This document shows positions 48,001 to 56,110 of a stretch of DNA of 64,000 nt, piece after piece (position 1 is the first letter of the stretch; every line of letters begins with the position of its first letter). Source of the DNA: Candidatus Pacearchaeota archaeon (GTDB taxonomy: Archaea > Nanobdellota > Nanobdellia > Pacearchaeales > GW2011-AR1); contig JAVZZP010000001.1 in assembly GCA_038885615.1 (NCBI GenBank), forward strand, positions 119,191 to 183,190. Reading direction: 5' to 3'. The position numbers were made by a program, and so were the translations under genes. The notes below the pieces were generated by a model. That model was not told the DNA's origin. It saw only the letters and a list, made by a program, of their open reading frames with translations, and did no database searches.

Positions 48001-49104
48001 ACCAGAAGAGCTATCTGTATTTTGGGCACAAATTTCTTGCATAAAATCAGCACAACCTTCAATGGTAATTTGCTCTTCAAAACAACGAGCTATAAAATGC
48101 CTTGAACCTACTGGAGAAATGCCGCTTAAAGGATTAATATCATAAACACACCAGCTTTCTCCGTGTTTTCTTTCTCCGCAATGCAAACTTTTACAAACAT
48201 AATCTCCGAAAGTCGGTTTTGGAGTTTTTCCTTGTTCATATTTTGTGCAAACACTTCCGCCTATATAATTACAATTACCACAAGAAGGGCTTTCTGGAGA
48301 ACAAGAATTCTCTGGAGGAATTGGTTTTTCCCAATAGCTTTGATCATCTGCCTTAGAAGCATCGTAGATATTCGCTATGTTTCCGCATGAATCAACAAAA
48401 TAAACTTGGTCTTTATCTTCAACACAGGTTGTTTTCTTTGTAGGTTTGCAAACAGTTTTTAATTCTTTTGCAGTACATAAATAGCCTGGCTTAAAATCCC
48501 CTGTTTTGCAGTTTTTCTTAGAGGTATAAACACAATTTTTCTCACCTGAAAAATCGCCCGAATCTGAAAGACAAGCTCCCAGTTCTTCTAAACCGAAATA
48601 TTTTTCGCAGCTCTCTCCGCTAGCCAAAGGGACAAATTTTTTTTCAAAATTATACTTGTTTGCTAGCAGGGTGCATTCTCGAGAGTTAGTTAGAGAAACT
48701 TGTGTTCCTAAAATACAACAACCTAACTGACATTGTGGAATGTTGCAACTAGGACTATCACTCCAATTTCCTCCGTTCTCCAAACATTTTTGTTTTGGAG
48801 AGTTCATTGAGCAGGTTCCTGTCGAAGGCGAATAACAGCAACCAATTCTACACTCATCAACAGAAGAACAAGAAGTTAAAAAAAGATTCTCCTTGCATAT
48901 GTCTGACTGAAAAAAAGGAATTTCTTGACAGATTGCTCCTTCTTTTGTTTCACGACAGCAACCCTTAATAGAGTCCTGTTGTGCAGAAACAATTTTTATA
49001 TCCTTTTCCGAAATTAAATAGGCAAAACTGAAAATAGCCAAAACCATTAAACTTATTTCTAAAGTTGCTATTTTCTTTTTCATATTCCGGCAGGCATTAC
49101 ACAA
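45079..49104 (-). CDS. giant secreted disulfide-rich surface protein (1341 aa), the unsplit form of the 774+918 pair
   Basis: Signal peptide (IATLEISLMVLAIFSFAYLI). N-terminal ~560 aa homologous to the 774-aa ORF. Gly/Ala-rich hydrophobic segment at aa ~672-829 (GAMVISGLMALGGFSALSGVIG...AAVGAVVGYQIG...VGAAVGAAVGIGLSTGFGSAAASGSGFFATAGGLLA...). C-terminal ~500 aa homologous to the 918-aa ORF C-terminus (FSCQSWKPPKESQCELCNEDVRPCSEYRCKSLGARC; four YY.(K/R)C.D repeats). No intein. Confidence 0.8.
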   Translation of the reverse strand: MCNACRNMKKKIATLEISLMVLAIFSFAYLISEKDIKIVSAQQDSIKGCCRETKEGAICQEIPFFQSDICKENLFLTSCSSVDECRIGCCYSPSTGTCSMNSPKQKCLENGGNWSDSPSCNIPQCQLGCCILGTQVSLTNSRECTLLANKYNFEKKFVPLASGESCEKYFGLEELGACLSDSGDFSGEKNCVYTSKKNCKTGDFKPGYLCTAKELKTVCKPTKKTTCVEDKDQVYFVDSCGNIANIYDASKADDQSYWEKPIPPENSCSPESPSCGNCNYIGGSVCTKYEQGKTPKPTFGDYVCKSLHCGERKHGESWCVYDINPLSGISPVGSRHFIARCFEEQITIEGCADFMQEICAQNTDSSSGYTSAKCLVNDWRSCLNANDAESYEQVKQKCDENPQCIMFNEFYGEDKLKRSDDKFLAGFDPEKTNAEQGAIDDLGKDQNKVLAHCVPRFTPGFQFWTTKAPVGKASQTSSSQQQKTLSSANYGGSEFESTAVCSLGSFVCISQIHRDCTLAGGCGDWKDHERNWECNIDGVNQNIKTKDLPALMAALNERCRAIGTCGVSSNIVGKVNNDNATIGFTVKRMKIDKTGKQKEVSSENYTLSEDYISSIKKSISQIKSLKDIASRGSGLTADAGDTAGTIGDPQTGVIDLNKLASQANVNPGDGGGFDDVMTGAMVISGLMALGGFSALSGVIGTYGTSLAVITGSTWLEAGAVAFSKGGLAAGGYVLGAAAVGAVVGYQIGKLISKNQDWSPGKSNQFNMFMASVGAAVGAAVGIGLSTGFGSAAASGSGFFATAGGLLATNPIGWIVLAAAIVYTIYTAFFDEYEEQEYFIMQFSCQSWKPPKESQCELCNEDVRPCSEYRCKSLGARCHYFVDKGEPGYCATINEIWQAKITPWPEILTQGNSYTNIRDNGFRIAGPNGGGVEPWQELTFGIITDKPATCKIDYEHTKNYDEMKFEMISEINPQTGKAEGTHHKITLSPYLRDKTASTNTLGLSVGEENEYYIRCMNFAGQVNEAEFVVQIKVKDSYDLTPAELKRFEPASGSYLKKGTNSTAVILYLNEPAECRFIQEYDVVTGEQGYEKMPNNMTCLTSQDSVFLGEWRCFTLLSNLEEGQNKFYFRCKDKPDLTEETEFDKRNPNLHSKEYILNVCREGININLINRNTFIEEKNFTLSVSTSGCLGNAICSYKIENFSSGFINFYETGGTAHSQLLMLPQGKYSIDVKCEDEAKNINETTFNFQVFFDEQPPIIVRTAYDGNRLSLQTDEDAECFYHLNYSEVCEKSLRDIQNASSTKYLSKTHSFSANPYETYYIKCRDKKLNEQKFCISVKPINLK

Positions 49105-49841
49105 GTGCGAATTGCAAATTTAATTTCTTTTTTAGAATCTCCGGCTGAATTTAAAATATAAACTTTAGTAGAGTCACCACCGCGAAATCTATCAATTTTA
49201 ACATCACGGTTCATTGCTTGCCAAACCATTAAATCAAATTCACAAAATGTTGATTCATAATTATTTATTGTCTCGGCAGTTCTTAGAAGAGCTGGAAGAG
49301 ATGATTTAAAGTTTCCTTTTAGATTTGAAATAGAAAGAGATGACTCCCCCTTGGAAAGATGAATATTTGTTTTAAAATCAAATGAAATTTGTTTTTCTTC
49401 AAAAATTAAATTAAAGGAATAATCTTCATATAAAAAAGAATACCCTTTTTTATCATAATTCTCCTTAATTGTTAATAAACATCTAGATAGATCCCTAGAA
49501 ACCTTATTTTCAATCTTTCTTCTTACTGACTCAATAAACAAAGGAGATTGTTGAACACAAGGAAAATAAAACTCAGAGGTAAAGCAAGAAAAAGGTACTC
49601 TTTCTCCACGATAAACATAAAAAACCTTAAACTCTTCTAAAAATTGTTTTTCTTTAAAAAAATTTTCTTCGTGCTTTTTTATAGAGTCTAAAATACAACT
49701 TCTTATGTCTAAAGAAGGGTCTTCTATGCTTTTTTTACTAAAGATAACCTCTGGTTTGATAAAAAAAAATAAAAAAACTGAAAAAAGAAGAATAATTCCA
49801 AGAATAATGAATAATACTGCTTGACCTCTTTTATTTCTCAT
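49080..49841 (-). CDS. class-III signal peptide (archaeal type-IV-pilin-like) protein, 253 aa
   Basis: MRNKRGQAVLFIILGIILLFSVFLFFFI: same KRG|Q + hydrophobic architecture as 44277-45044. Overlaps the 1341-aa ORF by 25 nt. Start lies 20 nt from the stop of the upstream DAC gene. Confidence 0.6.
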   Translation of the reverse strand: MRNKRGQAVLFIILGIILLFSVFLFFFIKPEVIFSKKSIEDPSLDIRSCILDSIKKHEENFFKEKQFLEEFKVFYVYRGERVPFSCFTSEFYFPCVQQSPLFIESVRRKIENKVSRDLSRCLLTIKENYDKKGYSFLYEDYSFNLIFEEKQISFDFKTNIHLSKGESSLSISNLKGNFKSSLPALLRTAETINNYESTFCEFDLMVWQAMNRDVKIDRFRGGDSTKVYILNSAGDSKKEIKFAIRTCVMPAGI

Positions 49842-49861
49842 ATAAAAAAGACAATTTCTAA

Positions 49862-50479
49862 CTATTTAAACTTATTTTTAATATATTTCTTAAAAAAGTA
49901 ATAAGGAACACCTAAAAGAATTATCCCGGGAACAACAGCAATCCCTAAGCCTGGAGCTAAAGCGGAAACTCCAATTGTTGAGAGTGTTCCAACACCAACA
50001 CTTTCCAAAATTTCATTTGCTTCTCTGACCTTTTTTTCAACATTTTTTTCAAGCGCATCTATTTGAACAGTTATCTTTCCTTGCCTAAAAATTTTTATTT
50101 TCTTCTCTTCTTGAGAAATTAAAACAGATAAGCTATCTTTTTCCAAGGAGGCCGAATATGCCGCCGCGTGCCTTGTGCCATACTCTCTAAAAACTCTTTT
50201 TGACTCAATCTTGGCTCCGTAATCTACAACCATTCCTTCCTTGTTTATTATTACCGCTCCATCTATTATTGCTAAAGATAAAAGAATTTTTTTTGCTCCT
50301 GGCTCAAAAATAGAAAAAGGCTCAAATCTCTGCTTCAGCATTTTTTTATACTTACAATTATCTGAAACAACAAACAAGGCTCCCTCCCCTTTTTTTGCTA
50401 TATCAATACCTACAGAAATAAGCAATTCCTCTATTTTTTTTATTTTTTTGATGGATCTATCTGTCATTTTAAAAATCAA
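49862..50479 (-). CDS. diadenylate cyclase (DAC-domain, c-di-AMP synthase) with C-terminal transmembrane segment
   Basis: GALFVV...IDGAVIINKEGMVVDYGAKI...GTRHAAAYSASLEKDSLSVLISQEEKKIKIFRQGKI matches the DAC signature (GALIV...DGAVII...GTRHRAA...DS..IVVSEE.G.IS). C-terminal GVGTLSTIGVSALAPGLGIAVVPGIILLGVPYYFF is hydrophobic. ATGA overlap with PCNA upstream. Confidence 0.7.
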   Translation of the reverse strand: MIFKMTDRSIKKIKKIEELLISVGIDIAKKGEGALFVVSDNCKYKKMLKQRFEPFSIFEPGAKKILLSLAIIDGAVIINKEGMVVDYGAKIESKRVFREYGTRHAAAYSASLEKDSLSVLISQEEKKIKIFRQGKITVQIDALEKNVEKKVREANEILESVGVGTLSTIGVSALAPGLGIAVVPGIILLGVPYYFFKKYIKNKFK

Positions 50480-51195
50480 TCATTATCAACTCTTGGAGCG
50501 AGAATAAAAGAAATACCCAAACTGTCTCCTGGAAAAACAAGTTTTAAAGGATAATTATCAGAAAACATAATTTTTACCTTTTCAGAAATTTTAGCGGCTT
50601 TTATAAATTTCATTAAATATTCAAGAGAATATTTGGCTCTTGCCCCGCCTTTGAATTCATAATTAGAAGGAAAATCGACCTTAACAGAACTTAAAGAACC
50701 TTTCGCTTCTATTCTAAAAAAACCATCTTTAACGGAAAAAGAACATGAATCTGCAACAACGTAGCAATCTTCTATTGTTCTTGAAAAGTCTTGTGAAGAA
50801 ATCTCTCCTTCAACTGAGAATTCCAAAGAAGGCTCCTTTTTTTCTTCAATGTCTGTTTCTATTAAAGAAAGATTGAAAGTTCTCTTTGACGAATCCTCCA
50901 AGGAAATTTTTAGTGTATTTTCATCTCTTTCAAATTCAACAAAATCAGAGTTATAGGCCCTTTTTAAAATCCTTTTTAAGTCTTCTAAATTAACAGCCAA
51001 TTCGTCATTTTCTGCTTCATAAATTGCAAAACTCTCTTTTGGAACCTTAAAAATAACCATTGCAACATTTGCAGGATCAACCGCACTTAAAGAAAGCCCT
51101 TCTTCTAAAAACTTTAATTTTACTTCTACAACTAATTCAGAAATTATATTAAGTGCGTCAATAAAAGATTTTGGATTTTCTAGTTTAATCTTCAT
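50476..51195 (-). CDS. pcn: DNA polymerase sliding clamp PCNA
   Basis: 239 aa; N-terminus MKIKLENPKSFIDALNIISELVVEVKLKFLEEGLSLSAVDPANVAMVIFKVPKESF typical of archaeal PCNA; two-domain length. Confidence 0.8.
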   Translation of the reverse strand: MKIKLENPKSFIDALNIISELVVEVKLKFLEEGLSLSAVDPANVAMVIFKVPKESFAIYEAENDELAVNLEDLKRILKRAYNSDFVEFERDENTLKISLEDSSKRTFNLSLIETDIEEKKEPSLEFSVEGEISSQDFSRTIEDCYVVADSCSFSVKDGFFRIEAKGSLSSVKVDFPSNYEFKGGARAKYSLEYLMKFIKAAKISEKVKIMFSDNYPLKLVFPGDSLGISFILAPRVDND

Positions 51196-51279
51196 ATAAT
51201 AGAATTTATTTAAACATTTATAAAGATTATTATTTGAAAAAGTAGGAATTTATTTAAATAAACCTATATAAAAAAGAAC

Positions 51280-52773
51280 ATGGAAGAAGAGGATAAAAAG
51301 ATAAATTTTATTTGTTTAAACCATTATTCAAAAAAGGAAATCCAGAATGCCATTTTTGATTTTTGCAAACACCGAGAAACAATACCCCTATACAAAGAAT
51401 TTTTTGGAAAAAGGCCTGACTGCTTAGAATATCCAGGTGATATTTACGAATTGGCAAAAAAAGGAGCTACTAGCTTCCATTGTTCTCAAGAAATTTGGAA
51501 AAACCCCTTAGAAATAGAAAAAGATTCTCAAAAAAAGGTTCTAGACGAAAAAAGAGAAGGATGGGACTTTCTTATTGATATTGATTCAAAATATTTTGAC
51601 TATGCAAAAATTTCTGCTATTATAATAGTAAAAGCACTAAAACACTTTGGCATAAAGAATTTTGGAATAAAATTTTCTGGCAGTAAAGGTTTTCATATAA
51701 TAGTTCCGTGGGCTGCCTTTCCAGAAGAAGTTAATGGAATAAAAACAAAGGATATGTTTCCAGAGTGGCCAAGATTAATAGCTCAATATCTACAAGAAGA
51801 GTTTATTAAAAAAAATCTAGAAAAAGAGCTTATTAAAATAACAAATAAAGATTATGAAAAAGAAATTATCTTTTCGCCTAAAAAAGAAAAAGCGATAGAA
51901 GGCATTCTATGTGAACATTATTGCGAAAAATGTGGGACGAAAACAACTAACATCTTAGAGAAAAATAGCAAAAAAAGAGTTTTTAGATGTCCAGTAAAAA
52001 ACTGCAATAGTCTAATGAAAAAAATAAATGAAGAAAAAATTTATTTATCTCCTGACAAAAAGTTTAATTCTCATAAGAATCCACAACTTTTCGAAGAAAA
52101 AATAAAAATAGAAAAAGATATTAATTCGGTTGATTTAGTTTTAGTCTCTTCTAGACATTTGTTTAGAACACCTTATTCCCTGCATGAAAAAACTGCCCTC
52201 TGTTCTGTTGTTTTAGAAGAAAAAGAGTTAGAAGAATTTTATCCTAACAAAGCAAAACCATCTAATATATTAATAAAAAACTTTTATCCGGAAACTGAAA
52301 AAGATGAAGCAAAAAGACTGCTTATAAATGCATTGGATTGGTCCCAGAAAAAAGAAAAAGAAGAAAAAAAATATTCCGAAATAAAAAGTATAAACCTTGA
52401 CGGAGTAAAAATTGATGAGAATTATTTTCCGCCTACAATAATGAAAATTCTTGAAGGAATAAAAGAAGATGGAAGAAAAAGGGCCCTAACAATTCTACTC
52501 TCTTTTTTTGTTTCCCTGAACCTTCCGAAGGAATACATTGAAGAAAAAATCTCTGAGTGGAATAAAAAAAATTATCAACCCCTAAAAGAAGGTTATATAA
52601 GGTCGCAAATAGAATGGTTCTTAAAAAATAAGAGGATGCCGCCCAATTATGACAAACCAATCTATCGAGAGCTAGGTGTTTTGATGGAAACAAACAATTT
52701 AAAAAATCCTATAAATTACACAATAAGAAAGATATTCAAAGAAAAAAATAAAAAAGAAAAGCTTAATAAATAG
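51280..52773 (+). CDS. priS: DNA primase small catalytic subunit PriS fused to a PriL-CTD-like C-terminal domain (no Fe-S cysteines)
   Basis: PriS catalytic motifs IDIDSKYFD and FSGSKGFHIIVPW, plus a Zn-ribbon (CEHYCEKCG...RCPVKNC). C-terminal ~150 aa carries YFPPTIMKILEGIKEDGRKRALTILLSFFVSLNLP, the PriL-CTD FPPC(I/M) region with Cys replaced by Thr. Confidence 0.7.
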   Translation: MEEEDKKINFICLNHYSKKEIQNAIFDFCKHRETIPLYKEFFGKRPDCLEYPGDIYELAKKGATSFHCSQEIWKNPLEIEKDSQKKVLDEKREGWDFLIDIDSKYFDYAKISAIIIVKALKHFGIKNFGIKFSGSKGFHIIVPWAAFPEEVNGIKTKDMFPEWPRLIAQYLQEEFIKKNLEKELIKITNKDYEKEIIFSPKKEKAIEGILCEHYCEKCGTKTTNILEKNSKKRVFRCPVKNCNSLMKKINEEKIYLSPDKKFNSHKNPQLFEEKIKIEKDINSVDLVLVSSRHLFRTPYSLHEKTALCSVVLEEKELEEFYPNKAKPSNILIKNFYPETEKDEAKRLLINALDWSQKKEKEEKKYSEIKSINLDGVKIDENYFPPTIMKILEGIKEDGRKRALTILLSFFVSLNLPKEYIEEKISEWNKKNYQPLKEGYIRSQIEWFLKNKRMPPNYDKPIYRELGVLMETNNLKNPINYTIRKIFKEKNKKEKLNK

Positions 52774-52791
52774 CTTATTTTTATAAGAGAT

Positions 52792-54759
52792 ATGGCAAAG
52801 AAAGGGGGAAAAATATTTTTTTTTGTAAATAGTATAGTTTTATTTTTACTTCTTCTGAATATCGCTATTTCACAAAATAATACAACATCTACAAATTCTT
52901 CTCAGGTCTCGCAACAACAAAACATAACTCAAAACAAAACAACGGTTGATAAGGCCTATGAGTGTTTAGAAAAAGAATTAAAAGATGATTGTTCTGGTGC
53001 AATAACGATACAACAACTGGCTTTTTCTATAATGGCTACTCCAAAAACAGATATACTTAGAAAATGTGTAGATAGGCTTAAAGCAAAAGAAAAAACCGAA
53101 GGTTGTTTTGGAGATTCTTCTTGTACAATAAAAGATACTGCTTTAGCGATTCTTGCATTAGATCATATTAAAGAGAATACCACAAAATATGAAAACTGGT
53201 TGCTCTCAAAAAATTTAAGTACAACAGAAGTTGAATGGATATTTCAACACGACTCTTCTAATGAAACAACATGTACTTTAAAATACGATGGGAATGACTA
53301 TCAATTTACTGCAAAAAATGATAAGAAATTAACTGGAAATTTTGGGTCTTGCTTTAGCCCAATATATCAAAACTATTGGCTTAGAATAAACGAAGATTGT
53401 TTAAACAAAGAGATAAAAATAGGATGTAATCAAAAATCGTCAATTTCTTTTATCTACAGAACTCCGGGCTCTTCGAAAATAAATGTTCTTTCAAACACAA
53501 AAGAAATTGTCCAAAACTCTGAAACAAGCTTTAAAATAGATTCTAAATGTTTTGGGATTGATAGCTGCAACTATGAGGACAATGTCTGGGCTGTATTGGC
53601 TCTTATGAGAAAAGGGCATAACATTAAAGATAACATTCCTTATATAATCACGACAGAAGAAAATAATAGGCAATATTTTTCTGAAGTTTTCTCTTATATA
53701 TTAACAAATTACGATAGAATTTATGGAGAGAAAATAATGAAAATGCAAACAGATGAAAAATATTGGGAGGCAGAAAACAGCTATTATGGAAAATATTATG
53801 ATACTGCTTTGGTTCTTTTAGCAATGGGGCACTTAAATCAAAAACAAATAGTCGATGCAAAAAATTGGGTTTGGTACTCTCAAGAAAGTAATGGGTGCTG
53901 GAATTCTAAAAACATAAGAGATAGTGCATTTTTATTATGGGCTACTCAAAGAAAAACATCTCCACAACCTAATACCTCACAGCCAAATACTACCAATGTT
54001 ATAACTACAACAAGATGCGACCAAGGGCCTGCTGGAGCTAGCTGTATAAGACAAGCAGAATGCCTAGAAAATGCAGGAAGAGTTTTAACTTCATATGATT
54101 GCAGTTATAGCCCCATTTCCTTTTCCGTATGTTGTAATATAACACCTGTCCTAAAATCATGCTCTGAACTAAATGGAAAAATTTGTTCTCAAAATGAAAT
54201 TTGTAGCGGTATTGAAAAAAATTCTACTAATGGAAAGTGTTGCTTGGGGGAGTGCAGACAAAATATTGCTCCTCGATCAAAACCTGAAGAAGAAGATAAG
54301 TGCAAGCTTGCTGGTGGAACATGTAGAACAAAATGCGGAAATGACCAAGAAGAAATAAGTGAAGATTGTTCTGACAGCTCAAAAGTTTGTTGTGTTAAAA
54401 AAACTTCTCCATCTTCGACTACAAAGAAAAATCTTTTGTGGTTATGGATTTTGCTTGGAATTTTGATTGTTTTAGTAATAATTGGAATTTTAATGAAAGA
54501 TAAAATAAAAGTAATGCTCTACAAAAAATCAAATAAGGATAGCGGTCAGAAACCTATCTTTGGCAGTGGAATTAGGCCGGCTAAACCAGGATTTCCGCCT
54601 ATAAGCGGACCACCCCGACCAATGGTTCCTGCAAGACCCCTCTTAGGTGTACCTCCAAGAACTGCACCAGGTGTTGAAAATAGGCCCCAGCCACCGATAG
54701 CTGCTAGGCCCCAGCAAAGACCTGCTGTGTTTGATAAACTAAAAGAGATATCTAAGTAA
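52792..54759 (+). CDS. secreted, C-terminally TM-anchored surface protein with alpha/alpha-toroid (prenyltransferase/squalene-oxidase-like) repeats, Cys-rich stalk and Pro-rich cytoplasmic tail
   Basis: Signal peptide. Recurrent (D/N)(T/S)A(L/F)x(I/L)LA(L/M) motifs (DTALAILAL, NVWAVLAL, DTALVLLAM, DSAFLLWA). Cys-rich C-terminal modules (CCLGEC, CKLAGGTCRTKCG..CC). TM LLWLWILLGILIVLVIIGILM. Pro/Arg-rich tail; no thioester CxEQ motif. Confidence 0.55.
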   Translation: MAKKGGKIFFFVNSIVLFLLLLNIAISQNNTTSTNSSQVSQQQNITQNKTTVDKAYECLEKELKDDCSGAITIQQLAFSIMATPKTDILRKCVDRLKAKEKTEGCFGDSSCTIKDTALAILALDHIKENTTKYENWLLSKNLSTTEVEWIFQHDSSNETTCTLKYDGNDYQFTAKNDKKLTGNFGSCFSPIYQNYWLRINEDCLNKEIKIGCNQKSSISFIYRTPGSSKINVLSNTKEIVQNSETSFKIDSKCFGIDSCNYEDNVWAVLALMRKGHNIKDNIPYIITTEENNRQYFSEVFSYILTNYDRIYGEKIMKMQTDEKYWEAENSYYGKYYDTALVLLAMGHLNQKQIVDAKNWVWYSQESNGCWNSKNIRDSAFLLWATQRKTSPQPNTSQPNTTNVITTTRCDQGPAGASCIRQAECLENAGRVLTSYDCSYSPISFSVCCNITPVLKSCSELNGKICSQNEICSGIEKNSTNGKCCLGECRQNIAPRSKPEEEDKCKLAGGTCRTKCGNDQEEISEDCSDSSKVCCVKKTSPSSTTKKNLLWLWILLGILIVLVIIGILMKDKIKVMLYKKSNKDSGQKPIFGSGIRPAKPGFPPISGPPRPMVPARPLLGVPPRTAPGVENRPQPPIAARPQQRPAVFDKLKEISK

Positions 54760-54814
54760 AAATTGAAAAAATTCCTAAATAAAAACTTTATTAAGTTAAA
54801 AAGATAGACATTGT

Positions 54815-56077
54815 ATGAACAAAAAACATTATATCTTTGTAATTCTAATCTTAACATTTAATTTAGTTTCCTCAATAGAATTGATTTCTCTTAATGAGAA
54901 AGTTTCTGCAGGCGAGACCTATATAGGTTATTTTGATGGAAAACCAAAAGTTTCTCTTACAAATGACGATTTAAAAATCTATGAAGGTAGAAGAGAGGTT
55001 TATTTTGAAAAAGGAATTTATAGCTATAAAAATCAAACTTTTATTTATGTCATTTTCCCAAAAGAAGGAAATTTTACACTTGTAACAGAAGATTTTATGT
55101 ATTACGTTGAAGGAACTCTAAATTTTGGCAGAATAAATCAAACAATAAATATTGAGGGCAATTCAACAAGAGCTCTTCAAATAAGTCCTGGAATAATTTT
55201 TGGAAGCAGAACATTTACTCTGGCCAATTTAGGAAAAGAAAACCTTAAAGTTGATTTTCAAAATTACAGCTACAATTTAAAAGTTGGTGAGATAAGAAGA
55301 GTTAGTGCAAATCCTGAAAAAGATTTTTTTTATATTGAAATAAAAAGTTACAAAAATTTTAAGGTCCCTGCTATTTTTATTTCTATAGAGAACGAAACAA
55401 CTAGTACTGAAAATAATACAAAAATTAATAAAACAGAAAATCTCTCTATAGATGAAAAAAAAATAAATAAATCTATAAAAAGAATTGAAGTTAATCAAAC
55501 AATAATTGAAAATAACTTCGAAGTAAACAAAACAGAGGTTATTTATTTCTTAATAAAAAATCTTGAAGAAGAAGAGGTAAAAATTTCTTTAAGAACAAAG
55601 ATGAAAAACCTAAATTTTAGTGAGAATATATCTTTATCGCCTTTAGAAGAAAGACCTGTCTTTTTAGAGTATTCTCCAAAAGAAACAGGAAATTTCGAAG
55701 AAAACCTCACCATAGATTATGAAAATGATAGCTTAGATATTAGTTTAAAATTTTATGTAACAACAAAAGAAGGATTAGAGATATCAAAAAATCTTTCCTC
55801 GGAAGATAAAGAAATAAATTCTTGCGAAGAGATAAATGGAACTTTGTGTACAGAAACAGGATACACTTGCAAAGGAGGAAATAATGTGCCTGTCATAGGA
55901 TTAGGATTTTGTTGTGTTGGTGGAGAGTGCATAAAAATTGAAGAAGACAAACCAAAAAAATCTTATTCTTCCTATATAATTGGAGTTGCTTTCTTGTTAA
56001 TTGCTTTAATTGCAGGATATATAATATATCAGAAGTACAAAAAAGCTAAACCATCTGAACCGGCTTTTAAAAAATAA
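54815..56077 (+). CDS. secreted, C-terminally TM-anchored surface protein with Cys-rich membrane-proximal module
   Basis: Signal peptide (YIFVILILTFNLVSS). Many N-x-(S/T) sequons. C-terminal CEEINGTLCTETGYTCKGG..GFCCVGGEC module, as in the preceding gene. TM YIIGVAFLLIALIAGYII; short basic tail. Confidence 0.5.
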   Translation: MNKKHYIFVILILTFNLVSSIELISLNEKVSAGETYIGYFDGKPKVSLTNDDLKIYEGRREVYFEKGIYSYKNQTFIYVIFPKEGNFTLVTEDFMYYVEGTLNFGRINQTINIEGNSTRALQISPGIIFGSRTFTLANLGKENLKVDFQNYSYNLKVGEIRRVSANPEKDFFYIEIKSYKNFKVPAIFISIENETTSTENNTKINKTENLSIDEKKINKSIKRIEVNQTIIENNFEVNKTEVIYFLIKNLEEEEVKISLRTKMKNLNFSENISLSPLEERPVFLEYSPKETGNFEENLTIDYENDSLDISLKFYVTTKEGLEISKNLSSEDKEINSCEEINGTLCTETGYTCKGGNNVPVIGLGFCCVGGECIKIEEDKPKKSYSSYIIGVAFLLIALIAGYIIYQKYKKAKPSEPAFKK

Positions 56078-56110
56078 ATTATATCTTTCAAACAAGTTCT
56101 AGAGAAGGTC

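Noticed and set aside
39224-49841. Possibility that the giant-protein locus is a prophage tail-fibre/host-recognition module
   Set aside because: No capsid, portal, terminase, integrase, tail tube or att-like direct repeats in or around the locus. Flanks are core genes (MutS2-like, PCNA). The genes have signal peptides and a class-III pilin partner, better explained as a cellular surface system.
52792-54759. 655-aa protein as an alpha-2-macroglobulin/thioester protein
   Set aside because: Alpha/alpha-toroid-like repeats are present but there is no thioester motif (CGEQ/CLEQ) and no bait-region architecture. Called only as a toroid-repeat surface protein.
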